This document shows positions 1-7,688 of a stretch of 64,000 nucleotides of DNA, piece after piece. A program made the position numbers and the translations under genes. The stretch is from Candidatus Nomurabacteria bacterium (GTDB lineage: Bacteria; Patescibacteriota; Minisyncoccia; Phycocordibacterales; UBA918), in contig JACKGG010000004.1 of the NCBI GenBank assembly GCA_020632035.1, positions 3,575 through 67,574 of the forward strand, given 5' to 3'. Position 1 is the first letter of the stretch. Every line of letters begins with the position of its first letter. The notes under the pieces are model-generated. The model did no database searches, was not told where the DNA came from, and saw nothing but the letters and a program-made list of their open reading frames with translations.

Positions 1-221
1 AGACGCCTTTTAGCGTTAAGGAAATCTGCTTTTGCTCGCTGGGAATCTTCAAGGATCCCACGTTTCTCTTCCTCGCAACATTCAAGCTTCTTCCTTAACT
101 GCTTTAGCTTGTCGCCACTCATTTCTTCTAAATCTTCTATTTCTAAGTCTTCAATTTCAGGTTTTTCATCGCTGGTGATGTCTACCTCTACATCTTCATT
201 TTCGTTATCAATATTCACCAT
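1..221 (-). CDS. grpE: nucleotide exchange factor GrpE, 5' portion (gene runs off the window start)
   Basis: Reverse-complement from the ATG at 221..219 translates MVNIDNENEDVEVDITSDEKPEIEDLEIEDLEEMSGDKLKQLRKKLECCEEEKRGILEDSQRAKADFLNAKRRL. The acidic N-terminus followed by a (Q/R)AxADFxNxRKR-type motif is characteristic of GrpE. It is absent from the ORF track because no stop codon lies in the window. Confidence 0.5.
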   Translation of the reverse strand, partial: MVNIDNENEDVEVDITSDEKPEIEDLEIEDLEEMSGDKLKQLRKKLECCEEEKRGILEDSQRAKADFLNAKRR

Positions 222-322
222 ACAGGCAGTATTATAAATGCAAAAAGGTTTGGTGTCAAAAATTTGCTAATTAAATATAATAATACAGATGTTGTTAGCA
301 TCTGTATTAGATAGAAGTATTG

Positions 323-910
323 TTAGTAAATTGCTCTCATCCTGAACAGTAAGGAACTAAATCCTCTGTCGTAAGCAAATATAATAGTCTCGACCTCAAT
401 GTGTTCACTCAAAGCAAAACCGAATAGTGGCCCAGTGCCTATCCATCGTTCTGAATAGATTCCAGTGTATGCAACTTCACTAACCCGGTAGTTCAAGCTG
501 GTTCGGTAAAAGAGTTTGTCACCTCCATGTTCCTCTGGTATATACTCAATATATATGTCGATTGTTGTTTCTTCTCCTTCATAATATAACCATGGGTTTA
601 TCGTTAGCCAACGCTTGTCACTATAGTCTGACTGACCTAATCCTAGACCAAGTTCGAATCCATTCAATATGGTTGTTCCTCCAACTAAATAGTTCCAGAA
701 GTCTTTGTCATAGTAGGAAGAAAAATAAACTCCATTATCGCTATTGTTAGTGTATTGAATTGTCACCTCGTTGGTAAAAAGAGAATCCACACTCGAATTC
801 CTAGACTGGTAGAAACCAATCTGATCTTCGACGTACCAAGGACTATCGTCCTCCGCACTGAAAATAAGTTGAGAAAAAACTAATAAAGAACAAAGTATAA
901 AGAATTGCAT
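323..910 (-). CDS. secreted hypothetical protein with an N-terminal signal peptide, rich in Tyr/Gly/Asn
   Basis: 195-aa ORF. The N-terminus MQFFILCSLLVFSQLIFSAEDD has an n-h-c signal-peptide pattern. No recognisable catalytic motif. Confidence 0.45.
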   Translation of the reverse strand: MQFFILCSLLVFSQLIFSAEDDSPWYVEDQIGFYQSRNSSVDSLFTNEVTIQYTNNSDNGVYFSSYYDKDFWNYLVGGTTILNGFELGLGLGQSDYSDKRWLTINPWLYYEGEETTIDIYIEYIPEEHGGDKLFYRTSLNYRVSEVAYTGIYSERWIGTGPLFGFALSEHIEVETIIFAYDRGFSSLLFRMRAIY

Positions 911-980
911 CTAAGCACCCTCCAATTAATCCAGCCACAACAATACTTTTAATTTTGAATGTGTCAATCAAATAAATAAC

Positions 981-1005
981 AAAAAATCCCCTAAGGGATT
1001 TTTTG
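981..1005 (-). terminator. intrinsic terminator (A-run, hairpin AATCCC-CTA-AGGGATT, T-run) after rpsI; reads in both directions
   Basis: aaaaaatcccctaagggattttttg lies 5 nt after the rpsI stop codon on the minus strand. Confidence 0.55.
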
Positions 1006-1009
1006 AAGC

Positions 1010-1417
1010 TTAACGCTTTGACCAAGCTGGTCGCTTTCGAGCTTTTCGAAGACCGAATTTCTTTCGTTCTACAGAACGTGGGTCTCGCTTAAGGAATCCG
1101 AGGAGCTTAAGTGGACTTCGTCGATCTGCCTTTTCTTTTACTAGAGCTCGAGCAATTCCAAGTCGGATTGCTTCTGCTTGAGAAGAGATACCACCACCGT
1201 ACACTTTTGCTGTGATGCTGTAGTGTTCTATACCAGCGTCTTTTGTATCTAGTACTGAAAGAACGTCTTTTTGGTGTGAAAGATTACCAAAGTATTCATT
1301 CAGTGGCTTACCATTGACTATGACTTCAGTCTTTGAGGCTGGAGTAAGACGTACTCGAGCAGAAGATGTCTTGCGACGTCCAATGCCTTCAACGTAGGTT
1401 GTTTTTGCTGCTGACAT
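1010..1417 (-). CDS. rpsI: 30S ribosomal protein S9
   Basis: YGGGISSQAEAIRLGIARAL and the C-terminal ...RKRPAWSKR are S9 hallmarks. Sits in an rplM-rpsI arrangement. Confidence 0.95.
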   Translation of the reverse strand: MSAAKTTYVEGIGRRKTSSARVRLTPASKTEVIVNGKPLNEYFGNLSHQKDVLSVLDTKDAGIEHYSITAKVYGGGISSQAEAIRLGIARALVKEKADRRSPLKLLGFLKRDPRSVERKKFGLRKARKRPAWSKR

Positions 1418-1421
1418 ACGG

Positions 1422-1787
1422 TTATTCAGTAATTACTAATTTGGCTAGTAGTCGTTTCTTGTGCTTGTTGGTAGGAAGCATTCCTGCCACAGAACGTCTC
1501 ATTACTTCATTGTAACCAAGTCGCTTGGCTAGGTGAATTAGGGTTTCTTCCTTTCGTCCTCCTGGGTATCCAGAGTAGCTTTGGTATATTTCACCTTCTT
1601 TTCTTTCTGGAATATCTAGCTTGCTTACATTTTCGATAGTAACTTGTACATCGGCCATGGTGTGCTTAGCAAAGGTTGGATCATTCTTACCTAGCATTAC
1701 AGAAGCCGCTTCAGTTGCAACTTTTCCAAGTCGCTTTCCAGTCGCGTCGATGGTGTAAGTTTTGTTAGTTGTAGTTTCAGTAGTCAT
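1422..1787 (-). CDS. rplM: 50S ribosomal protein L13
   Basis: N-terminal TYTIDATGKRLGKVATEAASVMLGK is typical of L13. Lies immediately upstream of rpsI. Confidence 0.95.
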   Translation of the reverse strand: MTTETTTNKTYTIDATGKRLGKVATEAASVMLGKNDPTFAKHTMADVQVTIENVSKLDIPERKEGEIYQSYSGYPGGRKEETLIHLAKRLGYNEVMRRSVAGMLPTNKHKKRLLAKLVITE

Positions 1788-1792
1788 AGTAT

Positions 1793-2149
1793 TTATTCAA
1801 CAAAAGCTATAATTGCTTCGTCACGTCCTGGTGAAGTCCGACCTAGTTTCACAACGCGAGTATAACCTCCGTTTCGTTCTACGAACTTTGGGGCGATGTC
1901 TTTAAATAATTTGTTCATAACAACATCAGCCGGCTCACCAAGATTGCTCGCTACCAGCCGTCGTGACTGAATAGTGTCTTTCTTAGCATGAGTTACTAGG
2001 CGTTCGATGTTTGGTTGTAGTTCTTTAGCTTTAGCCAAAGTAGTCTTAATCTGACCATCTCGGATGAGAGACACAGCCAAACCACGTACCAAGGCAGTGC
2101 GCTGGCTTCGTGATCGACTTAGTGTTCTTTTGTTATTTGCGTGTCGCAT
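1793..2149 (-). CDS. rplQ: 50S ribosomal protein L17
   Basis: MRHANNKRTLSRSRSQRTALVRGLAVSLI...GGYTRVVKLG is typical of L17. Lies downstream of rpoA. Confidence 0.95.
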   Translation of the reverse strand: MRHANNKRTLSRSRSQRTALVRGLAVSLIRDGQIKTTLAKAKELQPNIERLVTHAKKDTIQSRRLVASNLGEPADVVMNKLFKDIAPKFVERNGGYTRVVKLGRTSPGRDEAIIAFVE

Positions 2150-2153
2150 AAGC

Positions 2154-3113
2154 TTATTCTTCTAGTCTGAGCTTCATTTTTCCAAGTAGGTCTTGAATTT
2201 CTTCAAATCCTTTTGGTCCAATGCCGTCGAGTGCTAGGATATCATCTTTTTTCTTTCGTACAAGCCCACCAATAGTTCGGATTGATGCTTCTTCTAGTGC
2301 TTGTAGTGTTCGGCTAGTAAGGTCAAGTGCTTCAATTCGTGTTTTTAAGACTTCCTGGTCAGGAGCAGAAGTTTCTTCAGCGGGAGCTTCTTCCACCTTC
2401 GGAGCAGCTTCTTGGTGCTGATCTTGGAATCCAATTACTGCTTTAAGCTGGTGAATCATTATCTCAATAGCTTTCTCAAGAGCTTCGCGGGCAGAGTAAG
2501 TACCATCTGTTTCGATAATAACTCGTAGTCGGTTGTAGTCTGTACGGTCTCCTACACGCATGTTTTCTACTTCGTAGTTAGCGCGTCGGATCGGTGTAAA
2601 TACAGCATCTAGTGCGATAGTTCCGATTTCCATCTTATCTTTTTGATGAACTTCTCGTGGCACGTAACCAAGACCTCTTTCAACTGTCATTTCAATGTTT
2701 AGTTCAGTGCTTTTGTTAGTGATTTCAGCGATGTGTTGATCAGGACTAAGGATTTCAACTTGAGTCGGTGCGTCGATGTCTTTTGCTGTCACAGGACCAG
2801 CCCCCTTCTTTTTCAAAGAGATAGTCATTGGTTCTTCCGAGTGAGTGTTTAGACGAATACGACGTAAGTTCAAGAGGATGGTAATGATGTCTTCTTTTAC
2901 ACCATCAAGGCTTGAGAATTCATGTTCAACCCCGTCTATCTTGACTTGAGTAATCGCAGCTCCCGGAAGAGATGAAAGAATGATCCTACGTAGTGAGTTA
3001 CCTAGAGTATGACCGTAGCCAGGATATAGACCATCGATTTCAAAGATTCCTCGGTTTTCTTCTTCTGAGACTACTCGAGGCTTTGACGGTAGAGTTACAT
3101 TTGTTTCCAACAT
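2154..3113 (-). CDS. rpoA: DNA-directed RNA polymerase alpha subunit
   Basis: GYGHTLGNSLRRIILSSLPGAAI motif. Has an N-terminal dimerisation domain and a C-terminal aCTD-like helix-hairpin-helix region. 319 aa. Confidence 0.95.
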   Translation of the reverse strand: MLETNVTLPSKPRVVSEEENRGIFEIDGLYPGYGHTLGNSLRRIILSSLPGAAITQVKIDGVEHEFSSLDGVKEDIITILLNLRRIRLNTHSEEPMTISLKKKGAGPVTAKDIDAPTQVEILSPDQHIAEITNKSTELNIEMTVERGLGYVPREVHQKDKMEIGTIALDAVFTPIRRANYEVENMRVGDRTDYNRLRVIIETDGTYSAREALEKAIEIMIHQLKAVIGFQDQHQEAAPKVEEAPAEETSAPDQEVLKTRIEALDLTSRTLQALEEASIRTIGGLVRKKKDDILALDGIGPKGFEEIQDLLGKMKLRLEE

Positions 3114-3153
3114 ATTTTTGTTTTTAACTTAAAATTATTTGTAATTCCTAATC

Positions 3154-3765
3154 CTATCTACTGTAGAATTCCATCACCTGTTCAGGATCAAACAGAGTCT
3201 CGGCGGGATTGTATATTGGTAATGCTTTCATTTCTCCTTCCATCTTTTTAACATCAAATGTTACCCAGGCTGGTAGGCCGGCTGTTTCATGTTTTTCCTT
3301 TAAGTCGATAAAAAGTCCTGTTTGACGGCTACCCTCACGGATAGATAATACGTCTCCAACTTTTACCTTGTGTGAAGGAATAGTCATTTTTTTGCCGTTT
3401 ACACAGATGTGTCCGTGTGAAGCAATTTGTCTTGCTAGACGTCGAGTCTTTGCTAGGCCCATTTTGTAGATGACGTTATCTAGACGAGATTCTAGGCGTT
3501 CCATCATTACTGCAACTGGTTGATTGCTCTTTTCTACGGCATCATCGTGATAACGGCGAAGTTGCTTCTCTGAAATTCCGTATGTAAAACGCAACTTCTG
3601 CTTTTCTATAAGCTGACGTTTGTAGTCACTGGCTTGGCCAGGTCGCTTTCCGCGTCGTTGGTTTGCGCTACGTGCTAGAGAAAGTTCGAATTTTTGAGAT
3701 TGTGTTTTCTCAAAGATAGGTGCTCCTAGTCGCTTGGCAATTTTAAATTTTGGTCCAATTTTCAT
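3154..3765 (-). CDS. rpsD: 30S ribosomal protein S4
   Basis: S4 RNA-binding domain (RLDNVIYKMGLAKTRRLARQIASHGHICVNGK). Operon context. Confidence 0.95.
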   Translation of the reverse strand: MKIGPKFKIAKRLGAPIFEKTQSQKFELSLARSANQRRGKRPGQASDYKRQLIEKQKLRFTYGISEKQLRRYHDDAVEKSNQPVAVMMERLESRLDNVIYKMGLAKTRRLARQIASHGHICVNGKKMTIPSHKVKVGDVLSIREGSRQTGLFIDLKEKHETAGLPAWVTFDVKKMEGEMKALPIYNPAETLFDPEQVMEFYSR

Positions 3766-3775
3766 AAGCTAAAAA

Positions 3776-4207
3776 CTATACTCGTCGAGCCTTAGGTGCA
3801 CGAGGGCCATTAAATGGGATTGGGGTTCTGTCAGTTATTCGACTAATACCAATACCCTTTCCTGCAAAAGCACGGAGAGCAGACTCGCGCCCTGCTCCAA
3901 CACCTCGGACTATAACTTCAGCTTCTTTCATGCCCATTTGTTGTGCTTTTTCTCCGATGATTTCTCCTACCTTAGCAGCTGCAAAAGGAGTACTTTTTCG
4001 TGAACCCTTGAAACCAAGAGCACCACTAGAAGCTGCCATCACTGAATTACCCTTGTCATCGCAAAGAGTTACTAGTGTGTTATTGAAGGTTGCCAAAATG
4101 TTAAGTCGGCCTGTTGCTAACTTTCTTTTTGGAATGCGGTTTAGCGCTCGTGATGTACCTGCTACATCTGAGCCACCGCTCTTCTTCATGATACGTTTCT
4201 TACCCAT
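3776..4207 (-). CDS. rpsK: 30S ribosomal protein S11
   Basis: The C-terminal GISRITDRTPIPFNGPRAPKARRV and a KGSRKSTPFAA core are typical of S11. Confidence 0.95.
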   Translation of the reverse strand: MGKKRIMKKSGGSDVAGTSRALNRIPKRKLATGRLNILATFNNTLVTLCDDKGNSVMAASSGALGFKGSRKSTPFAAAKVGEIIGEKAQQMGMKEAEVIVRGVGAGRESALRAFAGKGIGISRITDRTPIPFNGPRAPKARRV

Positions 4208-4236
4208 ATGTCGTTACGTTGAATGAATATTAATAA

Positions 4237-4614
4237 TTAAGTCTTTTCCAGCTTACGACGTCCACTACCCATAGTTTTCTTCGCACCCTTAAGTGTTCGT
4301 GAGTTAGTTTTAGTTCGTTGTCCCCGAGCTGGTAGACGCTTAGCATGACGTGATCCACGGTATGAACCAATGTCTTTTAGGCGCTTAATGTTTCCTGCAA
4401 CTTGTCGCTTAAGTTCACCTTCAATAGTGAAAGCTTCAATTTTTTCGCGGATAGCGTTTTCTTCGTCTGTAGAAAGGTCAGCGGCTTTCTTAGTGTGCTC
4501 GATTTTAAGTTCATCGAGCAAATTCCTAGAACGAGTAGCTCCAATACCGTACACAGAAGTTAGTGCAAAAGATAATTGTTTATCGTCTGGAATTGTAATA
4601 CCTGAAATTCTCAT
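4237..4614 (-). CDS. rpsM: 30S ribosomal protein S13
   Basis: MRISGITIPDDKQLSFALTSVYGIGATRS N-terminus is typical of S13. Confidence 0.95.
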   Translation of the reverse strand: MRISGITIPDDKQLSFALTSVYGIGATRSRNLLDELKIEHTKKAADLSTDEENAIREKIEAFTIEGELKRQVAGNIKRLKDIGSYRGSRHAKRLPARGQRTKTNSRTLKGAKKTMGSGRRKLEKT

Positions 4615-4615
4615 A

Positions 4616-4732
4616 TTAACCTTGTCTTTGTTTATGTCGTGGCTTCTTCTTGTTGATTACGAAGACCACTCCTCGTCGCTTGACGATTTTATCGTCTGGA
4701 CTCATTTTTTTAACTGATGATCGTACTTTCAT
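4616..4732 (-). CDS. rpmJ: 50S ribosomal protein L36 (38 aa; below the ORF-track length cutoff)
   Basis: Reverse-complement of 4732..4616 gives ATG AAA GTA CGA ... = [38 protein letters not shown] with a TAA stop. This matches the canonical MKVRxSVKK...RRxGxxxVIC/NxxxPxHKQRQG L36 pattern. Sits between infA and rpsM as in most bacteria. Confidence 0.85.
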   Translation of the reverse strand: MKVRSSVKKMSPDDKIVKRRGVVFVINKKKPRHKQRQG

Positions 4733-4741
4733 AATTATTGT

Positions 4742-4969
4742 TTATAGACGCTTTGTTATCCGCGCTTTTCCTCCATATGGATCGATCACCATGCCGACTT
4801 TGTCGCCGACTAGTACTCGAATCCGGAATCTTCGCATCTTGCCTGCCAAGTATGCGAGAACGGGCTCCGCCTCCCCTTCTACGGTGACACGAAAAAGAGC
4901 ATTGGGTAGAGCTTCCTCTACAATTCCATACACTAAATCGTCCTTGACCGTTGATGTCTCTTGATCCAT
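4742..4969 (-). CDS. infA: translation initiation factor IF-1
   Basis: 75 aa. The S1-like OB-fold sequence GIVEEALPNALFRVTVEGEAEPVLAYLAGKMRRFRIRVLVGDKVGMVIDPYGGKARI matches IF-1. Confidence 0.9.
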   Translation of the reverse strand: MDQETSTVKDDLVYGIVEEALPNALFRVTVEGEAEPVLAYLAGKMRRFRIRVLVGDKVGMVIDPYGGKARITKRL

Positions 4970-5038
4970 TAAACGTGGGTGATACTAACAAATAATAACA
5001 AAACCGTCAACAGACGATCTTGTTATTGTTGTGGACAA

Positions 5039-6364
5039 TTATTCGATATCTTTTAATTCTTCGATAATAATGATTTCTTCAGGGTCTTCAGCAAATGTTC
5101 GCTTCCAAAAAGGAGTGATGTGTACTATGGCTGAGCTGATCCCTGGATAAGCAGTGATAGCGTTATTAATAGCGGTTTTAGGTAGTCCAGCTAGATCATT
5201 AGCTAACTTCTTTGCATCATATTCCCAGATTAGTAGCGGTTTTCCTGTTAGCTTAAATGTTAAAGATGGTTCGTTAGCAATAATACTAGAGCTTGTGGTT
5301 GGTGATGTGTATTGGAAAGTAAGGGCAGTTGTGTCGTCAACTCTAACTGGCCCCCCTTCATATGTCGGTACAGTTTCTTTCGCTAGGAATGAACCAAATT
5401 CTGTTACTTGGAAAAGCGGGACCTGTAGTACAGACTGCTCTTTAATAGTGACTAAGTCTTGGCCGTATTCGACTGCTGGTAGTTGATTGTAGGTTATGGC
5501 TACTGAATCTTTAAAAGCAATAAAATCAGCAGGTTTTTCTGAGTCAATTCGCATTAGAAGATTGTCGCGAAGTTGTATTTGGAGAGCTTGTCTGGCAGTA
5601 CTTAGTTCACTTTCATCGATCTTGAACTGCGGACCACTGTAACCACCAGTAAAGCTCTCTGGATTGCGAGCTGTGATTGATTTGTATAGCTCAGTAAAAC
5701 CATTCTCTTCAAACCCAGGGATAGTGAATGCAGATCCAGCGGGAAGATTGTATTCTTCGCCCGGTTCATCGGCGAATACTTCGGCTTGAATAGTACCAGG
5801 AACGCTAGCGCCTTCTCCATCTTTAACTGCACCTGGAACAACTACAGATTCTTGGATTCTAAAGATTAAACCTCCAGGACCACGAAAACGTGTGTTTTTA
5901 ATTAGTCGCTCAGTCCCTGGTGTTGTTTTAATTATCTCGATCTTTCCTGTTGTTTGCTTTTCAACTTGTATCTGACCGGTTGCTTTCACTTGTGCTTCTC
6001 CAGTTGTTTCTAGGGTCATCACTTCGTAGCTAAGTGCAGCATCTCTTTTGTTGGGATAAGCAACGAATTCGGCACTAATATTTGGTGTACGATGTTCCGG
6101 ATTAATGGTAAGTTCTGTTTTTCCCATCAAGGCGCTAAGTCCGACTGCTCCTCCGACAATAACTATAAACAAGAAAACTGAGACAATTAGTCTGCGACTT
6201 TCTTTATTTGTTCCGTCTTGAATAACGATGCTTGGTATATGCTCACGCTCTGTAATAGCTTGTCTTACCGGAGCTGGCTCGGGAGAAGTACTAGTGGGTC
6301 TTGGTGCTCGCGATTTGCGGGGCTCCGCAGGTCTTATGTCCTGCAAGTTCCATTTTTTTGTCAT
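5039..6364 (-). CDS. membrane-anchored hypothetical protein (Pro-rich cytoplasmic N-terminus, one TM helix, large extracytoplasmic domain)
   Basis: 441 aa. Residues 1-55 are Pro/Arg/Ser-rich. A hydrophobic helix LIVSVFLFIVIVGGAVGLSALMG follows, then a large domain without recognisable motifs. Confidence 0.55.
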   Translation of the reverse strand: MTKKWNLQDIRPAEPRKSRAPRPTSTSPEPAPVRQAITEREHIPSIVIQDGTNKESRRLIVSVFLFIVIVGGAVGLSALMGKTELTINPEHRTPNISAEFVAYPNKRDAALSYEVMTLETTGEAQVKATGQIQVEKQTTGKIEIIKTTPGTERLIKNTRFRGPGGLIFRIQESVVVPGAVKDGEGASVPGTIQAEVFADEPGEEYNLPAGSAFTIPGFEENGFTELYKSITARNPESFTGGYSGPQFKIDESELSTARQALQIQLRDNLLMRIDSEKPADFIAFKDSVAITYNQLPAVEYGQDLVTIKEQSVLQVPLFQVTEFGSFLAKETVPTYEGGPVRVDDTTALTFQYTSPTTSSSIIANEPSLTFKLTGKPLLIWEYDAKKLANDLAGLPKTAINNAITAYPGISSAIVHITPFWKRTFAEDPEEIIIIEELKDIE

Positions 6365-6388
6365 ATGTATATATTACAGTATATAGGC

Positions 6389-7624
6389 TTAAAAGTATTC
6401 GTAGGTATCATATTGGTCTTTATTGTGGAAAAACTGGGCTGACAACAATAAAGCAGTGTCCGGAGGAACATTTTTCTGACTAGAGTTTTCGGTCTGGTCT
6501 TTGTAGCACAAATCTATAATTTTAGAAGAAATAGTAGTGATGATAGGTGAAGTTTTAAGGTTTCTTGTGACTGCCTTACCGATCAGGTCTGTGAACAAAG
6601 GTTCAGATTTAATGTCAGTGTGAAGCGAAATTCTCTTTGGAATAGATAAACTGTCTCCGGTTTCTTTAAATAACTCTGTGATCTTCTCTATGTAAGCTTC
6701 AAAAACTAACTCAACATCAACTTTTTGTTTTTCGTTTAAACTTGCCAAAAAAGCAAAAGGTTTTTCAGTATGTAAATAACCAAATGCCTCATGTAATGGA
6801 ATCTTGACTATTTGAGCGATTTCTCTTGCTAATGAAAATGAACCAAATGGTGTGTGTGTGCAATAAGTAAGAATTCCATCTCGTACAACGCCAATTTCTG
6901 TGGCTTCATAAGTAACATCTACTAGGCAGACATCGTAATTTTGGTTTAGAAGTTCTTTTGTCATCGTGTAAAGCATAAGAATAAAAGACAGTCTTCTGTT
7001 GTCAGCTTTAGCGAAAAGTTTGTCATGGATCTCATCCATGGCGTCTATTAGGTGTTGTTGGGCGACTGCTGTTCCTTGTGAAATTCCGAGGGTGTTAGAG
7101 CGGTTACCTTCTGGTTGGTTAATATGGTATCCGTTTGCAGTTAAATCCATAAGCAGTCTGGTAATAACCTTTAGACCAAGTGCACTTAATACCTCGTCTT
7201 GATTTATGTCATTCTTGATTTTGTCCCCGATCGCACTGTAGAGTTGAGCAATTAGTTCGTTGGTTATTTCAAAGTCATTCTCTTGAGTATAGTTAATAGA
7301 CTTGGTGATAGTGTAAGACCAAGGAGCAGAAATACCACATTGAAACTCGCCTAGCTCAGCCTTACTATCAAAATCGTACAGGTGCTTCCTCCCTTCTGCA
7401 TCTAGTTGCATAGAAGCATTGACCAGAGCGGTCATAATGGCTTTAGCACTTTGCTCCATAGAAGAAATATTTTTCAAAGGAACGTGCTCACGATGTGACC
7501 ATAGAATATCTGGGTGTAGTTTATTAGGGTCAGAATGCACGATAGAAGCTAAGACGCTCCCTGAGCCTATATCAATGATCACTCCGTAGCGAGTTTTTGC
7601 CTTGCTTAGGCCAAATAACGACAT
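6389..7624 (-). CDS. ASKHA-fold (actin/Hsp70/sugar-kinase superfamily) protein; Ppx/GppA- or FtsA/PilM-like, family unresolved
   Basis: N-terminal phosphate-1-like motif YGVIIDIGSGSVLASIV and a later DVCLVDVTYEATEIGVV (phosphate-2-like D-x-G/T-x-TE). 411 aa. The exact family cannot be decided by eye. Confidence 0.4.
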   Translation of the reverse strand: MSLFGLSKAKTRYGVIIDIGSGSVLASIVHSDPNKLHPDILWSHREHVPLKNISSMEQSAKAIMTALVNASMQLDAEGRKHLYDFDSKAELGEFQCGISAPWSYTITKSINYTQENDFEITNELIAQLYSAIGDKIKNDINQDEVLSALGLKVITRLLMDLTANGYHINQPEGNRSNTLGISQGTAVAQQHLIDAMDEIHDKLFAKADNRRLSFILMLYTMTKELLNQNYDVCLVDVTYEATEIGVVRDGILTYCTHTPFGSFSLAREIAQIVKIPLHEAFGYLHTEKPFAFLASLNEKQKVDVELVFEAYIEKITELFKETGDSLSIPKRISLHTDIKSEPLFTDLIGKAVTRNLKTSPIITTISSKIIDLCYKDQTENSSQKNVPPDTALLLSAQFFHNKDQYDTYEYF

Positions 7625-7688
7625 TGATACAGTATAACAGCGTATCTAAATTATGATTAGATTTTCTGTCAGTCTTGAGTGGATAAAA

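Noticed and set aside
562-4964. Plus-strand ORFs overlapping the ribosomal-protein genes (562..750, 2221..2421, 3930..4226, 4370..4717, 4650..4964 and similar)
   Set aside because: They are antisense shadows of highly conserved minus-strand genes. 4650..4964 in particular overlaps rpmJ and infA.
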